Assembly (NCBI GenBank): GCA_003344405.1
Contig: NOWV01000260.1
Coordinates: 1-64,000 of the forward strand
DNA: 64,000 nt
Source: Trichoplax sp. H2
Taxonomy: Eukaryota
Reading direction: 5' to 3'
Made by a program: the position numbers and the translations under genes. This document shows positions 48,530-60,681 of the stretch, in pieces. Each line of letters begins with the position of its first letter. Position 1 is the first letter of the stretch. Under the pieces are notes generated by a model. The model had not been told where the DNA came from. It saw nothing but the letters and a program-made list of their open reading frames with translations, and made no database searches.

Positions 48530-49175
48530 TGACTTCCTCAGGTTGCAATTATAATATAATTTACTCATATTCACTTTTTTCCACTTCTTTTAATGCAATA
48601 TACCAACGTTGTGTTGTAAAACCTTTGTGATCATGTACCTTCATTTTATTGCATATCATTCGGTTCGTCTTACAACTACCAAGGACTATCTAAATCATGA
48701 CTCAAAATGCATGGTTTGCATATGCAATCAGTGCGATTGTAATGACAATGACTTCCTCAGGTTGCAATTATAATTTACTCATATTCACTTTTTTCCACTT
48801 CTTTTAATGCTATATACCAACGTTGTGTTGTAAAACCTTTGTGATCAAGTACCTTCACTTTATTGCATATCATTCGGTTCGTCTTACAACTACCAAGGAC
48901 TATCTAAATCATGACTCAAAATGCATGGTTTGCATATGCAATCAGTGCGATTGTAATGACAATGACTTACTCAGGTTGCAATTATAACTTACTCATATTA
49001 ACTTTTATCCACTTCTTTTAATGCAATATACCAAAGTTGTGTTGTAAACCCTTGTGATCATGTACCTTCACTTTATTGCAGATTATTCGGTTCGTCTTAC
49101 AACTACCAAGGACTATCTAAATCATGACTCAAAATGCATGGTTTGCATATCCAATCAGTGCGATTGTAATGACAA
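48530..49175. repeat. Near-identical tandem repeat, 3 x ~214 bp, between the divergent acyl-CoA synthetase and the CYP array
   Basis: Unit TGACTT.CTCAGGTTGCAATTATAA...CAACTACCAAGGACTATCTAAATCATGACTCAAAATGCATGGTTTGCATAT.CAATCAGTGCGATTGTAATGACAA starts at 48530, 48749 and 48963. Confidence 0.95.
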
Positions 49176-49786
49176 AGCTATCATAAAAATAAAATAAATT
49201 GCAATCAGTTCATAATGCAGTTCCTGTTCTTTATCCTGATTTTCATATCATTAATGAACAAGGATACTGTGCGATAACTGTCATAAGATTGTAGTCATTG
49301 CTTCATTAAAAAGAACTACAGTATTCGGATGCTTGCCAATCTATCCAAGATTGTGGTGTAGCAGTATAAAAAATCGATTGCATACCTAAGAACATTCCAA
49401 CTTCCAAATAGCCTAGGCTATGTTTGCTAATAACGGATAAATACATTATACTCATTTGTCCATACTTGAATCTTATCAGGCAGGTTAGGAAATAAAGAAT
49501 TCTGTCACTATTAGGATTTTATAGACGATAAGATTAGTATACAACGTACGATAGTGATACTTTATTCACTGTCTTGCTATATTGGCAAAATTATGCAGAT
49601 AGTTGATTTAAAAGGCAAAGTAAGTATTTATTATGCCTATGCAGTATAATAAGCACTTGGTTCTAGCCATTACTAACTATCTGCCTTCTGTTTTACTGGC
49701 CGTTTATCCAATTTCCGTAAGCAGTCATATCGTATTCAGCAAGGTCTGCAGACAATATAGATCGATATAGATTAGTATAGTATACG

Positions 49787-49813
49787 TATATATGTTATAT
49801 ATATATATATATA
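49787..49813. repeat. (TA)n microsatellite
   Basis: TATATATGTTATATATATATATATATA run. Confidence 0.7.
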
Positions 49814-50403
49814 ACATTGACAGATAGATATAGCACTATACGAGTAGATAGATAGAATGTACTATAAAATCATACTATCATCTAAGCAATTATTTCCAAT
49901 ATAAATGACGTCATACTTTGATTACACACCAATACATAAAAACAGTCGACGGAATTAGTACTAATGTAAATGTATTTGAGAAAAAATTGAAAAGTCTATG
50001 GTAGAGCATCCGTTATTATACAGTCTAATATGTACAAGCCGTATTGTATCGTATAGTACTGTATATAGTATCAGGTCTTACTATCAATCACGTTACTGTC
50101 AGCTGGTCTGTTAATCGAGCTTATAGTTTAATATTATTAACAGAGCAAATTGCTAGGAAATAGTCTTGTAGCGATGAAAGTAGACAAATAATTTACTTTA
50201 TCTACTCGAGTAAGCTGCTTCTTACTGGAAAACCGTCAGAATAGCGTCAAATAATTAAGCGGTGGATGCACTATCGGATATAACTAGAAAAAAATTGACT
50301 AACGTTGGTGCTATAGCAGCTGTTCTTGCAACAAGGAGTCGTTTACAATCTATATTTTATGACGCATTTTTACTAATTTTATCTGACTAAATTACGCACA
50401 ATT

Positions 50404-51888
50404 ATGTCTGGGTATCTACAATCCTTCTGCCAGCTATTTTGCTCGATTATTCTAATTTTATCTTTGAGATTCATCTATAAAAATTACTTATTACCTTATT
50501 GGCGTATCAAAAGATTGGGCATACCAGTTGCTCCTCCGAAACCAATAATAGGTAACAATTTCGATTATGGCTCGGGTAATCAGCATCTTGCACAGCTTAA
50601 GAGACAAGAAAAGTACGGTAGTATATGCGGAACACTCTTTTATCATATACCAACTATATGGGTTGGAGATCCCGAAATATTGAAAGTCATTACTGTTAGT
50701 GACTTCTCAACCTTTCCAAATCGTTATGATCTCAACGAACCAAGGCCTCCGTTCGACAAAGCGATCATTCAACTCAAAAATCAGGACTGGAAACGCGTTA
50801 GAAATATCCTAATTCCAACTTTTAGTGCTTCCAAGTTAAAATCGCTTATGCCAATTCTAAATGATGCCGGAAATGATTTAACTGTAACTCTGTCTAAAGC
50901 TGATCAGGAAGGCCGACCAATTGATATATGGCGTACATGTGGTGTGTTTACAATGAAAGTAACACTCGCTACGGTGTTCGGCTTAGAAATGGATTCAAAA
51001 GAACAAGAAAAAAAAATGACAGAAGCTGCTAGCATGTTCTTTCGTGATATTACTGGTGTAGTACAGTTTCTTTTTATCTATCTTATGCCCCTAGTTGGTC
51101 TAATTGAGCCATTATTAGGTGGCAAAATTATTGAATCAGTACGCTATTTACTTAAAACCGTTGAAAATGTTATCCAAGAACGCCGAGAAAATATTAAAGC
51201 AGGCATTCCTTGTCGTAAAGATATCTTACAGCAGATGATTGAAGCCGGTGATGATGATAAATTAAACGATGCCGAAATCCTTGCTCAAGCTATTACATTT
51301 CTTGTTGCAGGTTATGATACCACTGCAAATACGCTAGGATTTACTTGCTATCTTCTCGCTACTCATCCTGAGATACAGAAAAAATTAAGAGATGAGATTG
51401 ACGCAAAATGCCCAGATTTGGATTCGATTGAGTATGATACCCTCCATGATCTTCCTTATATGGACATGATAATATCCGAAACGTTAAGACTTTACCCTAC
51501 TGCATTTTTTCTCAATCGAGACATAAAAAAGGATACTACAATTAATGGTGTACATTTTACCAAAGATCTTATGATTGGTATCCCTGTTTATGCTATACAT
51601 CATAATCCTAAGATATGGTCTAACCCGGAAGAATTCATACCGGAAAGATTTTCGCCGAAAGAAAAGGCAAAGCATGCACCTTGTAGTTTCCTGCCGTTCG
51701 GCAATGGCCCTCGTAACTGTGTTGGAATGCGATTGGCCTTATTAGAAGCAAAACTTGCTCTAGTTAAAATTATGCAAAAGTTTGAAATGAGAGCAGTACC
51801 GGAAACAGAAATACCTCTAACTTTGCGTAGTGGAAATACAATCTCTCCTATTAATGGAGTAATTGTTGGAGTAAGTAGAAGGCGATAA
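50404..51888 (+). CDS. Cytochrome P450, CYP3-clan-like, copy 1 (intronless CDS, 494 aa)
   Basis: N-terminal TM anchor and Pro-rich hinge, WKRVRNILIPTFS, I-helix AGYDTT, ETLR, PERF and haem motif PFGNGPRNCVG. Confidence 0.96.
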   Translation: MSGYLQSFCQLFCSIILILSLRFIYKNYLLPYWRIKRLGIPVAPPKPIIGNNFDYGSGNQHLAQLKRQEKYGSICGTLFYHIPTIWVGDPEILKVITVSDFSTFPNRYDLNEPRPPFDKAIIQLKNQDWKRVRNILIPTFSASKLKSLMPILNDAGNDLTVTLSKADQEGRPIDIWRTCGVFTMKVTLATVFGLEMDSKEQEKKMTEAASMFFRDITGVVQFLFIYLMPLVGLIEPLLGGKIIESVRYLLKTVENVIQERRENIKAGIPCRKDILQQMIEAGDDDKLNDAEILAQAITFLVAGYDTTANTLGFTCYLLATHPEIQKKLRDEIDAKCPDLDSIEYDTLHDLPYMDMIISETLRLYPTAFFLNRDIKKDTTINGVHFTKDLMIGIPVYAIHHNPKIWSNPEEFIPERFSPKEKAKHAPCSFLPFGNGPRNCVGMRLALLEAKLALVKIMQKFEMRAVPETEIPLTLRSGNTISPINGVIVGVSRRR

Positions 51889-54150
51889 TTTTTAAAAATG
51901 ATTTTAGATCGATGGATGGAAATGAGGAGTAAAGATATGTTAAACCTTTGTTATAAAAATAAATTAGTAATTAATTAATTAGTGGTTATTGCAATAAATA
52001 TCATATTATCAGTAGATTCTAGTTAACTACATTTTATCTACCACCATGCTAGAATTTATGTAATCCTACATCATCTTGCGCTAATTAAGCGTCGCAATCT
52101 GATCGAAGATCACTACTAGTAACCAAAGCACATATGCACTTGGATAAAAATTTTTTATGTAATATAGAATTATATACGAGTAGATATATATGGGTATATT
52201 GTAAGTAATGTTTGCAGATATAAAAAAATAATGTACTTAACGACGCGTTTATATGAACTCGTAGAATATTTCACTAATCTGGTTCATATTGTAATATGAT
52301 AATTTGCTGTATAACTATAACGTAAGCCTAGCCGTACTTTAGTCTTGAGTATAGCCTTCTTGATGTTATAATATCAGCTTGCGAAAAGCACTAGAATTTC
52401 TATTAGTTTTATCATTCTATATCTAAACGGAAAACTATTGGATTACATGCAGTGCTGCGATAAGCAATGTTTAAAACTGAAGCACTCTTTTATAATGGTG
52501 TTATAATACTATTGGTCAATCTTATTAACAGCACGGCACCTATAATAAGATATATACGCGTATATATTACGTGAATAATTTATTCACGGTATATCATCTT
52601 ATATGCATATTTTATTTTTACGCTGTAACTAATCACTAAAAATTATACAGCTAGATGAATGTTTGAAATTATGTAACTGCTATCTGCAACTAGTATATTG
52701 CCCTTATTATTTTATAAAGTACTCATCTAGCATATTAGGCTAGCAGTTACCGCAAAAACCAAAGCCAAAATATTGGCCTTTTGCCTTTTTCTTTGAATTT
52801 TTTGGTGCATGTCATTGGATTGAATGCACTTGAAAAATGCTCATAATTTATTGATCTATGGCATTATTTAGCTTTCATGTTTACCAATAAATTATTAAAT
52901 TCTACTATAATGAAATTTTAACAGTGTGAATTTTCTATCGATAGCGTTGTTAATAGGACAGTTTAGTGTTAAAACTATATTTGTATTTGAAAAATGCACG
53001 TTTTTAAGTACGGCACGTTATTATGAATCCTGTTAATAGATTTATATCACTATTTCCATTATCACTAAATATGTACATAGTTCGTAATATAATAGGTATG
53101 TTATCCACATGATTAAAATTGCCTTATTCGGACAAAAGCTGAATAAAATTTAATTAATAGATAGCCAACTCTTTTGTTTGTATTTAATATTAATTAGCAC
53201 TTTAGAATTATCGCATCACATTACAATATCGTATAAAATCTAAAAAGAAATTGGTCGTATCCAAAAGTATTTACGAGTATTGCAAACTTCTGTATCTAAA
53301 ATGATACAGTGGCAATACTAATATAAAATTTGAGCATCCTATCAATATAACTACCGTAAAATATCTTGATAATTATAATTATGACTAAAACTGTAAACTA
53401 CCGTGCTTATGATGAACTATATCTACTATAAATTATTCAACAAGTACCGCACTTAATTGAGCTAAGAATACAACTTTTCTAAAAAATGGATATTCTTAAC
53501 TTGCAGTAATTAATTATGACTTATTAAAACTAAATGCTGCACCTTTAAATTATGCATAACAACTGAGAATAGAATTTTACGATCTTAAAATATTTTAAGT
53601 TAAACTCTGACAACTCATCGTTCCATAATGTACTTGAAACGAATTAACACTGAATGAATTTCTGCTTATGGGCTTATTTAGCTATTTATTTACAGAATCA
53701 GATAGTACTAATTCAAGCCAGAAATAATTACCAAATATCTATTTACATAGTTAGCTAGTTTTCACACCCATATTTACGTTGCTACCGCAACCAAGTACAG
53801 TAGCTATTTTTATCATGCCTGCAAAGTCAGCAATAAATTTAACCTGATGTAATGAATACTTGCAGTAGGAACTGTTATCATTTTAGTTGTTTCTGCAAAA
53901 TCAGCAAAAAAGCTTTAAGCTGTTAAATAAATCCATTAAAAATTGAGAGCTAATCCATAGCTTCTTACAAGTTTTTGTAATTTAGGTAATAAATAATCCA
54001 ATATTACACACAACAGAGCTGCTCAGTTGCAACTAATAAAGAAAGCTTCACGCAAAGATAATAAGGACTAGTCTTGATAATTATTATAATTATCATTTCA
54101 GCAACTATCAGCCACACTATTAATACATATTATACGTGCCCAACTCGAAA

Positions 54151-55659
54151 ATGGCATCCTACCGCTTTTTAAGCTATTTGTGGCTGCATCAATATGCTTC
54201 ACAGACTTTCGCAATAATCATTATTCTGGCTTTTTTTCGATTACTGTATACCAGTTACATTTCTCCTTTATGGTACTTAAAGAAATTAAGAATTAAAGTG
54301 CCGTTACCGAAACCCTTTATAGGTAATGTTACCGATGAAGGAGGAACTAATCAGCATATAGCCCAGGTCAAAAGACAGGAAAGATTTGGTACAGTGAATG
54401 GAACGCTATTTTTTCACATTCCAACAATATGGATTGGCGATCCTAATATATTAAAAATAGTAACTGTTAAAGAATTTTCAAATTTTACTAATAGATTTAG
54501 TTTTGTAAAGTCTAGGCCTCCATTTGACGATTCCGTGTTACAATTAAAAGATCAAGAATGGAAACGCGTTAGAAACATCCTGCTGCCAACATTTAGTGTA
54601 TCTAAACTTAAGGCTATAGTTCCATTAGTAAAGGATACTTGCAGGTCTATAATACGTACAATTGCACAAGCAGAAGAGGAACAAAAATCTATTGATATAT
54701 GGCGTGAATGTGGTAAATTCAGTATGAAAGTTATGTTGGTCATAGCATTCGGAATGGATTTTAAATCAGAAGAGCAAGAGCGGAAGCTAACTAATGCAGC
54801 AGCTGCACAATTTCGAGGAGCTGGAAGTTTAAAGCGGCTCCTAATTTTTATATGTGGTCCTCTCTATAAATTTTTGAAACCCTTTGTTAAGAATGAGTTT
54901 GACGATTCATTAGAATACTTAACAAATACCGCTAAAAACGTCATAAAAGAAAGAAGAAGAAATTTGAAAGAACGTATACCTTGCCGAAATGATATTTTGC
55001 AGCAAATGATTGAAGCAGGAGATAGCGATAAGCTTAAAAATGCTGAAATAGTTGCTCAGTCAGTTATATTTCTTACTGTAGGATATGAAACTACAGCCAA
55101 TACACTAGCTTTTGCCTGCTATTTGCTTGCAATTAATCCTAATGTTCAAAAGAAACTACTAGAAGAAATAGATACTATATGTCCAGCTATTGGAGGTATC
55201 AGTTACGATGCTTTATTTGATTTACAATATCTTGAAATGGTTATTGCCGAAACTTTGAGAATGTATCCTCCAGTCTTTTTTGTTAATCGGGACGTGAAGG
55301 AAACTATGGTTATCGATGGCGTTCGAATAGGTCGAGGTGTTATGCTTGGCATCCCAATCTATGCTATACATCACAATCCAAAACTCTGGCCTAATCCTGA
55401 TCAATTCATGCCAGAACGATTTTCGTCTAAGGAAAAATCTAAGCGCCATCCTTATAGTTATTTACCATTTGGAAGCGGACCACGCAATTGTTTGGGTATA
55501 CGTTTAGCTATGCTAGAAGTTAAAATAGCCTTAGTTAGTATTCTGCAAAATTTTGAACTGATAATTTCTAAAGATACCGTTATTCCCATCCAAGTGAGAA
55601 CTGCATCAACATTATCGCCTGCAAATGAGCTTAACTTAGGCTTCAGAAAACGATACTAA
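54151..55659 (+). CDS. Cytochrome P450, CYP3-clan-like, copy 2 (intronless CDS)
   Basis: First ATG is at 54151 (the ORF track starts at an upstream GTG). Motifs WKRVRNILLPTFS, VGYETT, ETLR, PERF and PFGSGPRNCLG. Confidence 0.95.
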   Translation: MASYRFLSYLWLHQYASQTFAIIIILAFFRLLYTSYISPLWYLKKLRIKVPLPKPFIGNVTDEGGTNQHIAQVKRQERFGTVNGTLFFHIPTIWIGDPNILKIVTVKEFSNFTNRFSFVKSRPPFDDSVLQLKDQEWKRVRNILLPTFSVSKLKAIVPLVKDTCRSIIRTIAQAEEEQKSIDIWRECGKFSMKVMLVIAFGMDFKSEEQERKLTNAAAAQFRGAGSLKRLLIFICGPLYKFLKPFVKNEFDDSLEYLTNTAKNVIKERRRNLKERIPCRNDILQQMIEAGDSDKLKNAEIVAQSVIFLTVGYETTANTLAFACYLLAINPNVQKKLLEEIDTICPAIGGISYDALFDLQYLEMVIAETLRMYPPVFFVNRDVKETMVIDGVRIGRGVMLGIPIYAIHHNPKLWPNPDQFMPERFSSKEKSKRHPYSYLPFGSGPRNCLGIRLAMLEVKIALVSILQNFELIISKDTVIPIQVRTASTLSPANELNLGFRKRY

Positions 55660-57506
55660 TTTGCATTATACGAGTATAATGAAGGCAATTCTTGATTAAT
55701 CTCAAATCCAAAAGTGATCATCAAGACTTCAATACTTTGAAGACTTCCAAAATAAATAGTATAAATTTTGATTTTGAATATCAGAATCTCAATTATGGCA
55801 TGGAGTATCTTCAGAAATTTTTAACCAAATCTGAACTACTCTTTAAAGTGCAGATTTAGTTAATTTATGAGCTCAGAAAGCTTTCATAAATTTGATAGTA
55901 TCAATAGTAATAAGCATGCATAAAGGACAGGAACTAAAATTAAAGATCTTAGTACAGGACCACTGTTCTAGAATGTTTATGTTGCAAGATTTATCATGAG
56001 ATATTGTGTGCATAATAAAGTCAAGAATTTATCCATGTTTCACGCTATTTACAGTGAAGACACCGCAATTTGCTGGCTGAAATTTATGGATATATATAAT
56101 ATTGTAAGTAACATTATTATGCGCAGTATCACCAATAAGAAATTCGAGGAAGATTAGTATGCCAAATACTGTAAAGGACATAACCTAAGATTGTATGTGT
56201 ATGGTATTAAAAATTTGGCACTATAACATTATAATTTTACATCTACCATGGGTGGAATAAATCTACTATTAAAATTAGGCGAAGTTATGATTCTATGGAC
56301 TATGGTAAACTTGCACCGTATTGCATCATGATTAAGATGGATCAACATTGCTGAAATTTGCCTTATATTACTATTCTAAGGTACGGTACTTTTCTTATCT
56401 GACGTTTGCCTTTTGCTTTACATCTTACGGGATATACTAATTAAGTATGCGAAGTATCACATGCCGATAGTTCGAACAGTACATAAAATAGCGTACAATT
56501 TACGTGCAGTAAATGTTATCCAGTCATCTTACATATAGGTTACGCATTTAAATTAATAGATATAGGTAAATTGTTTCAGTAAGCAACACGAATCAATTTA
56601 CATATGAATAACGGTGCGTCCGAAAGGAACTAGAGTAGGCAGTATAGATGCGAAGAGTTTAGTTGCTGCACGATTGCAATTAAATCCACCTGACTTAACA
56701 ACACTCTTGTGATACGGGTAGATCAGAAATACTCACTTAAAGTAGAGTTATTTCACATTCAGCTTGCAGAACTGTTAACAGTAAGCTAAGCACAGATTTT
56801 GATAATGTCAGACCATCAGTAACTTAAGAATTTAAGTGGCTGATAAATCATAATTTTAACTGTAATATTTCCTAGAAAAACGTATAGATGGAACGCTATT
56901 AAAATAATCACCGCAAGATTTTACCATCGATAAAACTCATCGTAGCATGTTTTAGGACATTTAAATATCCGCTATTTAAAGCTACGAGAGTCATTCATAT
57001 AGTCAAAGGTTCATAGTTTATCTTAAGCCGAAGATTATTGCGAGAACAAATAAATCTTAGACTAATTAATAATTATCATTAATTAGTCCAAGATTTATTT
57101 GTTATTATAATAACTATTCATCGATTGATTTGGCGTAATCTATTGTAATATTTGATCATACAGAACTAGAATAATTCGAACGTGATATTATTTACAATAG
57201 TACACACATGAAAGAATTGCGTCATGGCTATTGTAAGTACAGTACACTAATTACATCATTTTTTCGCTCTACATTACCATATTAGGATAAATTTAAAAGC
57301 CTATAAGAAAAATTTCATTGCGGTAAAGCTCTATAAAGTGAGTTGATCTGTTGGCGTGGAACATCACTTACAATTGTGGATTACAGTATTTATAAGTTCG
57401 AAATTAACTGCTCGTACTATTCCAATATAATAAGTAATCGTACTTCTAATAAGTCTTTGTTATTTAATATAATTAATTAGCAGTAATCTCAGAAGGCAAG
57501 CTCGCT

Positions 57507-59006
57507 ATGGCCGCAGAAGAGATATTAACCTCATCATTTACATTACAACATGTACTATTTCAACTATTTATCGTACTGTTGCTTTGCACATTTGTAGTTA
57601 AACTTTACAACGATTACGTCGTTCCATACAAACGTTTAACAAAGTGTGGTCTTAAAATGCCCTTTCCGAAGCCCTTTATTGGTAACGTTTTGGATTATGG
57701 ATCTAGTGAACAACATATATCTCAGGTTAAGAGACAAGAACAATATGGCAATGTCTATGGTACATTTATGTTTAATGCTCCAACTATATGGGTTGGCGAT
57801 CCAGATATGCTTAAAGAAATAATGGTCAAAGATTTTACTAATTTTACTAACCGGTATTCTTTATCGAATACAATTAAACCTTTCAATAAGTCGCTACTGC
57901 AATTGGATAATAAAGATTGGAAACGGGTAAGGACCACTCTTGTTCCGACCTTTAGTGCATTAAAGTTAAAGACCATTCTTCCGTTTATTAAAGTAGCCAG
58001 CGATGATTTGGTCCATAAATTAATGAAAGCTGAGGCTGAAGGAAAAGCTATCGATATATGGCAGCCATACGGTAGATATACTATGCAAGTTATTTTAGCT
58101 ACAGCATTTGGAATTGAATTTGAGTCAAAAGAACAAGAAGCTAAACTTACAAAAGCTGCAGGGATTTTATTTAGAGATACTAATTCCTTAGTTCAATTCT
58201 TTGTTGTCTTCGCATCAAGTTTATTTAAAATTTTCGAGCCTGTCATTGGAGGAGGTATCATGAATTCGACTCGTCTATTAGTAACAACAGTCGAACGTGT
58301 AATAAGGGAACGTCGAAAAAATTTAAAGGAAGGGATACCCTGTCGAAAAGATATTTTACAACAAATGATTGAAGCAAACCTAAATGATGAAGAAATCGTC
58401 GCTCAAGCAATAGTATTTCTTATTGCTGGCCACGAAACAACGGCTAATACACTAGCTTTTGCTTCATATTTACTAATGGCAAATCCTGAAGCTCAAGAAA
58501 AGTTAATTGCAGAAATCGACGATAAATGTCCTGATGAGAGCAGCCTAGACTATGAAACATTATCTGAGCTACCTTATCTTGAAATGGTAATATCTGAAAC
58601 ATTACGTATCTATCCAGCAGGATTTTTCGTTAATCGTAAGACCAAAGACGACATGGTTGTGAATGGTATAGATATACCTAAGAATTCGATGATAGGACTT
58701 CCAATTTATGCAGTACATCATAATCCACAGCTCTGGCCTGATCCAGAACGTTTCATACCCGAACGATTTACACCAGAGGCTAAAGCTAAGCGGCATCCTT
58801 ATAGTTATATTCCTTTCGGTGGTGGACCTCGTAATTGTATTGGAATGCGACTAGCTTTACTAGAAACAAAATTGGCATTAGTGAAAGTGTTACAAAATGT
58901 TAAGTTAGTAGCAGTAAAGGAAAGTGAAATACCGTTAAGGTTGAAATCTGGAGCTACATTATCTCCAGCTAACGGAGTATATGTAGGAATCCAAAAAAGA
59001 TATTAA
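57507..59006 (+). CDS. Cytochrome P450, CYP3-clan-like, copy 3 (intronless CDS, 499 aa)
   Basis: WKRVRTTLVPTFS, AGHETT, ETLR, PERF and PFGGGPRNCIG. Confidence 0.96.
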   Translation: MAAEEILTSSFTLQHVLFQLFIVLLLCTFVVKLYNDYVVPYKRLTKCGLKMPFPKPFIGNVLDYGSSEQHISQVKRQEQYGNVYGTFMFNAPTIWVGDPDMLKEIMVKDFTNFTNRYSLSNTIKPFNKSLLQLDNKDWKRVRTTLVPTFSALKLKTILPFIKVASDDLVHKLMKAEAEGKAIDIWQPYGRYTMQVILATAFGIEFESKEQEAKLTKAAGILFRDTNSLVQFFVVFASSLFKIFEPVIGGGIMNSTRLLVTTVERVIRERRKNLKEGIPCRKDILQQMIEANLNDEEIVAQAIVFLIAGHETTANTLAFASYLLMANPEAQEKLIAEIDDKCPDESSLDYETLSELPYLEMVISETLRIYPAGFFVNRKTKDDMVVNGIDIPKNSMIGLPIYAVHHNPQLWPDPERFIPERFTPEAKAKRHPYSYIPFGGGPRNCIGMRLALLETKLALVKVLQNVKLVAVKESEIPLRLKSGATLSPANGVYVGIQKRY

Positions 59007-60681
59007 AAGATGTACTATTTTAGAATTAGTAACATCTGTCATATTAAAAGATTATCAAATAACAGATGAAATAATGTTTTAGGTTATGTCCATTTACCTG
59101 TGTTCCGATACTCTCATTTACTACAAGTACCGACGGCAGGATTGTATTGTATGGATTTTAAACCCTAACATATAACTACTGCAATTAGCTGAAATTGTTA
59201 TTTTCATTCTTTACCCTAGCACTTTTTAACTATGATTCTGTTAGCCGATAAAAAAATAAATAAAATTTCAGTTTATTATGAATTTACGTATTTGAATTGT
59301 TACTGCGAATAATGTGAAATGAAGAGTGTGAGTATTTAGGCTAAAGGGTATTTATAAACTTGAATGTAACTAATTATACCAAGAATGTAGACCGATATTC
59401 TTATCGGATTTATCGTTATCTTCTAAGAATCATGAGATGGAATTTCCATCGCAGAAGTCCTTTAATACGGCCTTAAGTCATCTCGAATTATAAAAGGTTC
59501 TCTTCTAAACTTGTAGTTACCTGTAAACGTCTACACTTACAGTAGTATCGGTCAGTGAGAAACTAATGCAATACCTTATATAGTTCGATCTCAAAATTTT
59601 AGCAAACTCTTACAGTACCATTATTCATTTTACACGTAATTTGAAACTTTATGTGCTAATTTAACAAATTAAATTATAATCTTTTAAAAATTAACATTAA
59701 AAGGTTGAGTACTGATTTCTGCATTCTAAAGACTAAAATTTGTCATCGTAGGTCTGTTTGATCAAATCAGTTGATTTTACAATAAAATTAGGGTTCGGTT
59801 TTGCTTTTAATAAAGAGACGCGTAGTTGACTATAACTTAACAAGATATTTGAGGAAGACAGGCTTGACACAGATTTGAAACTAGGCTTAGAATGACTCGT
59901 ATGATGATTAATTTTCTCTTAATAATTTCCATAATTTTGCATGCCTACAACCATAATATAAGCCCCTAACCTACTGATATGTTGACATGAATGTCATCTT
60001 ATCATCGAACCGAGTAATAAATATGGAGGATCTGATCTAATTGGCGAAACGATGATCCACAAGGCAGAAATGCTAAAATATTACAGTAATTAGATTATCC
60101 ACTGCGCAACTACAGTCCAATTTTAAAGACTCCATTGTTTACTATACTACATACAAGCTTCTACATATTGCATCATCTTCATTACTGTTAAGAATATCGA
60201 TTATCATAATGCTGCAGAATAAAGTAATTCTGTAACTCGATGGTAACTAGGCAAGGCGAACTAGTGGAAAATTGCTTGACAGGTGTATGATTATTTTGAT
60301 TATAGTTATTGGTTATGGGCTGGCCGGTCTGATAAATCAATTTTGCAGTTAACTTATACGGCAACGTAGCGACTCTGATCAATTTGTGGTATCATCTCTA
60401 ATGCATGTAAAGTAATTGAGGATGGTAGAACGTAGACATCGAAATTGATCACTTTGTGCTACAATTACCTGACTTTGTATTACTATACTGTGTTAAAATC
60501 ACTCGATATAATTACTAGTAGATACCTCGCTCGTTATACTTCGTATACTACGCTGTATTTTTACTTTTACTTTACTGTACAATTGATCACTAATTCACCA
60601 TTTCACTGCCTAATACAATCATCATATTATTATAGTTATTGGAAAAGATTATAAGCAGTGGCCACTGGACATTAAATTACA

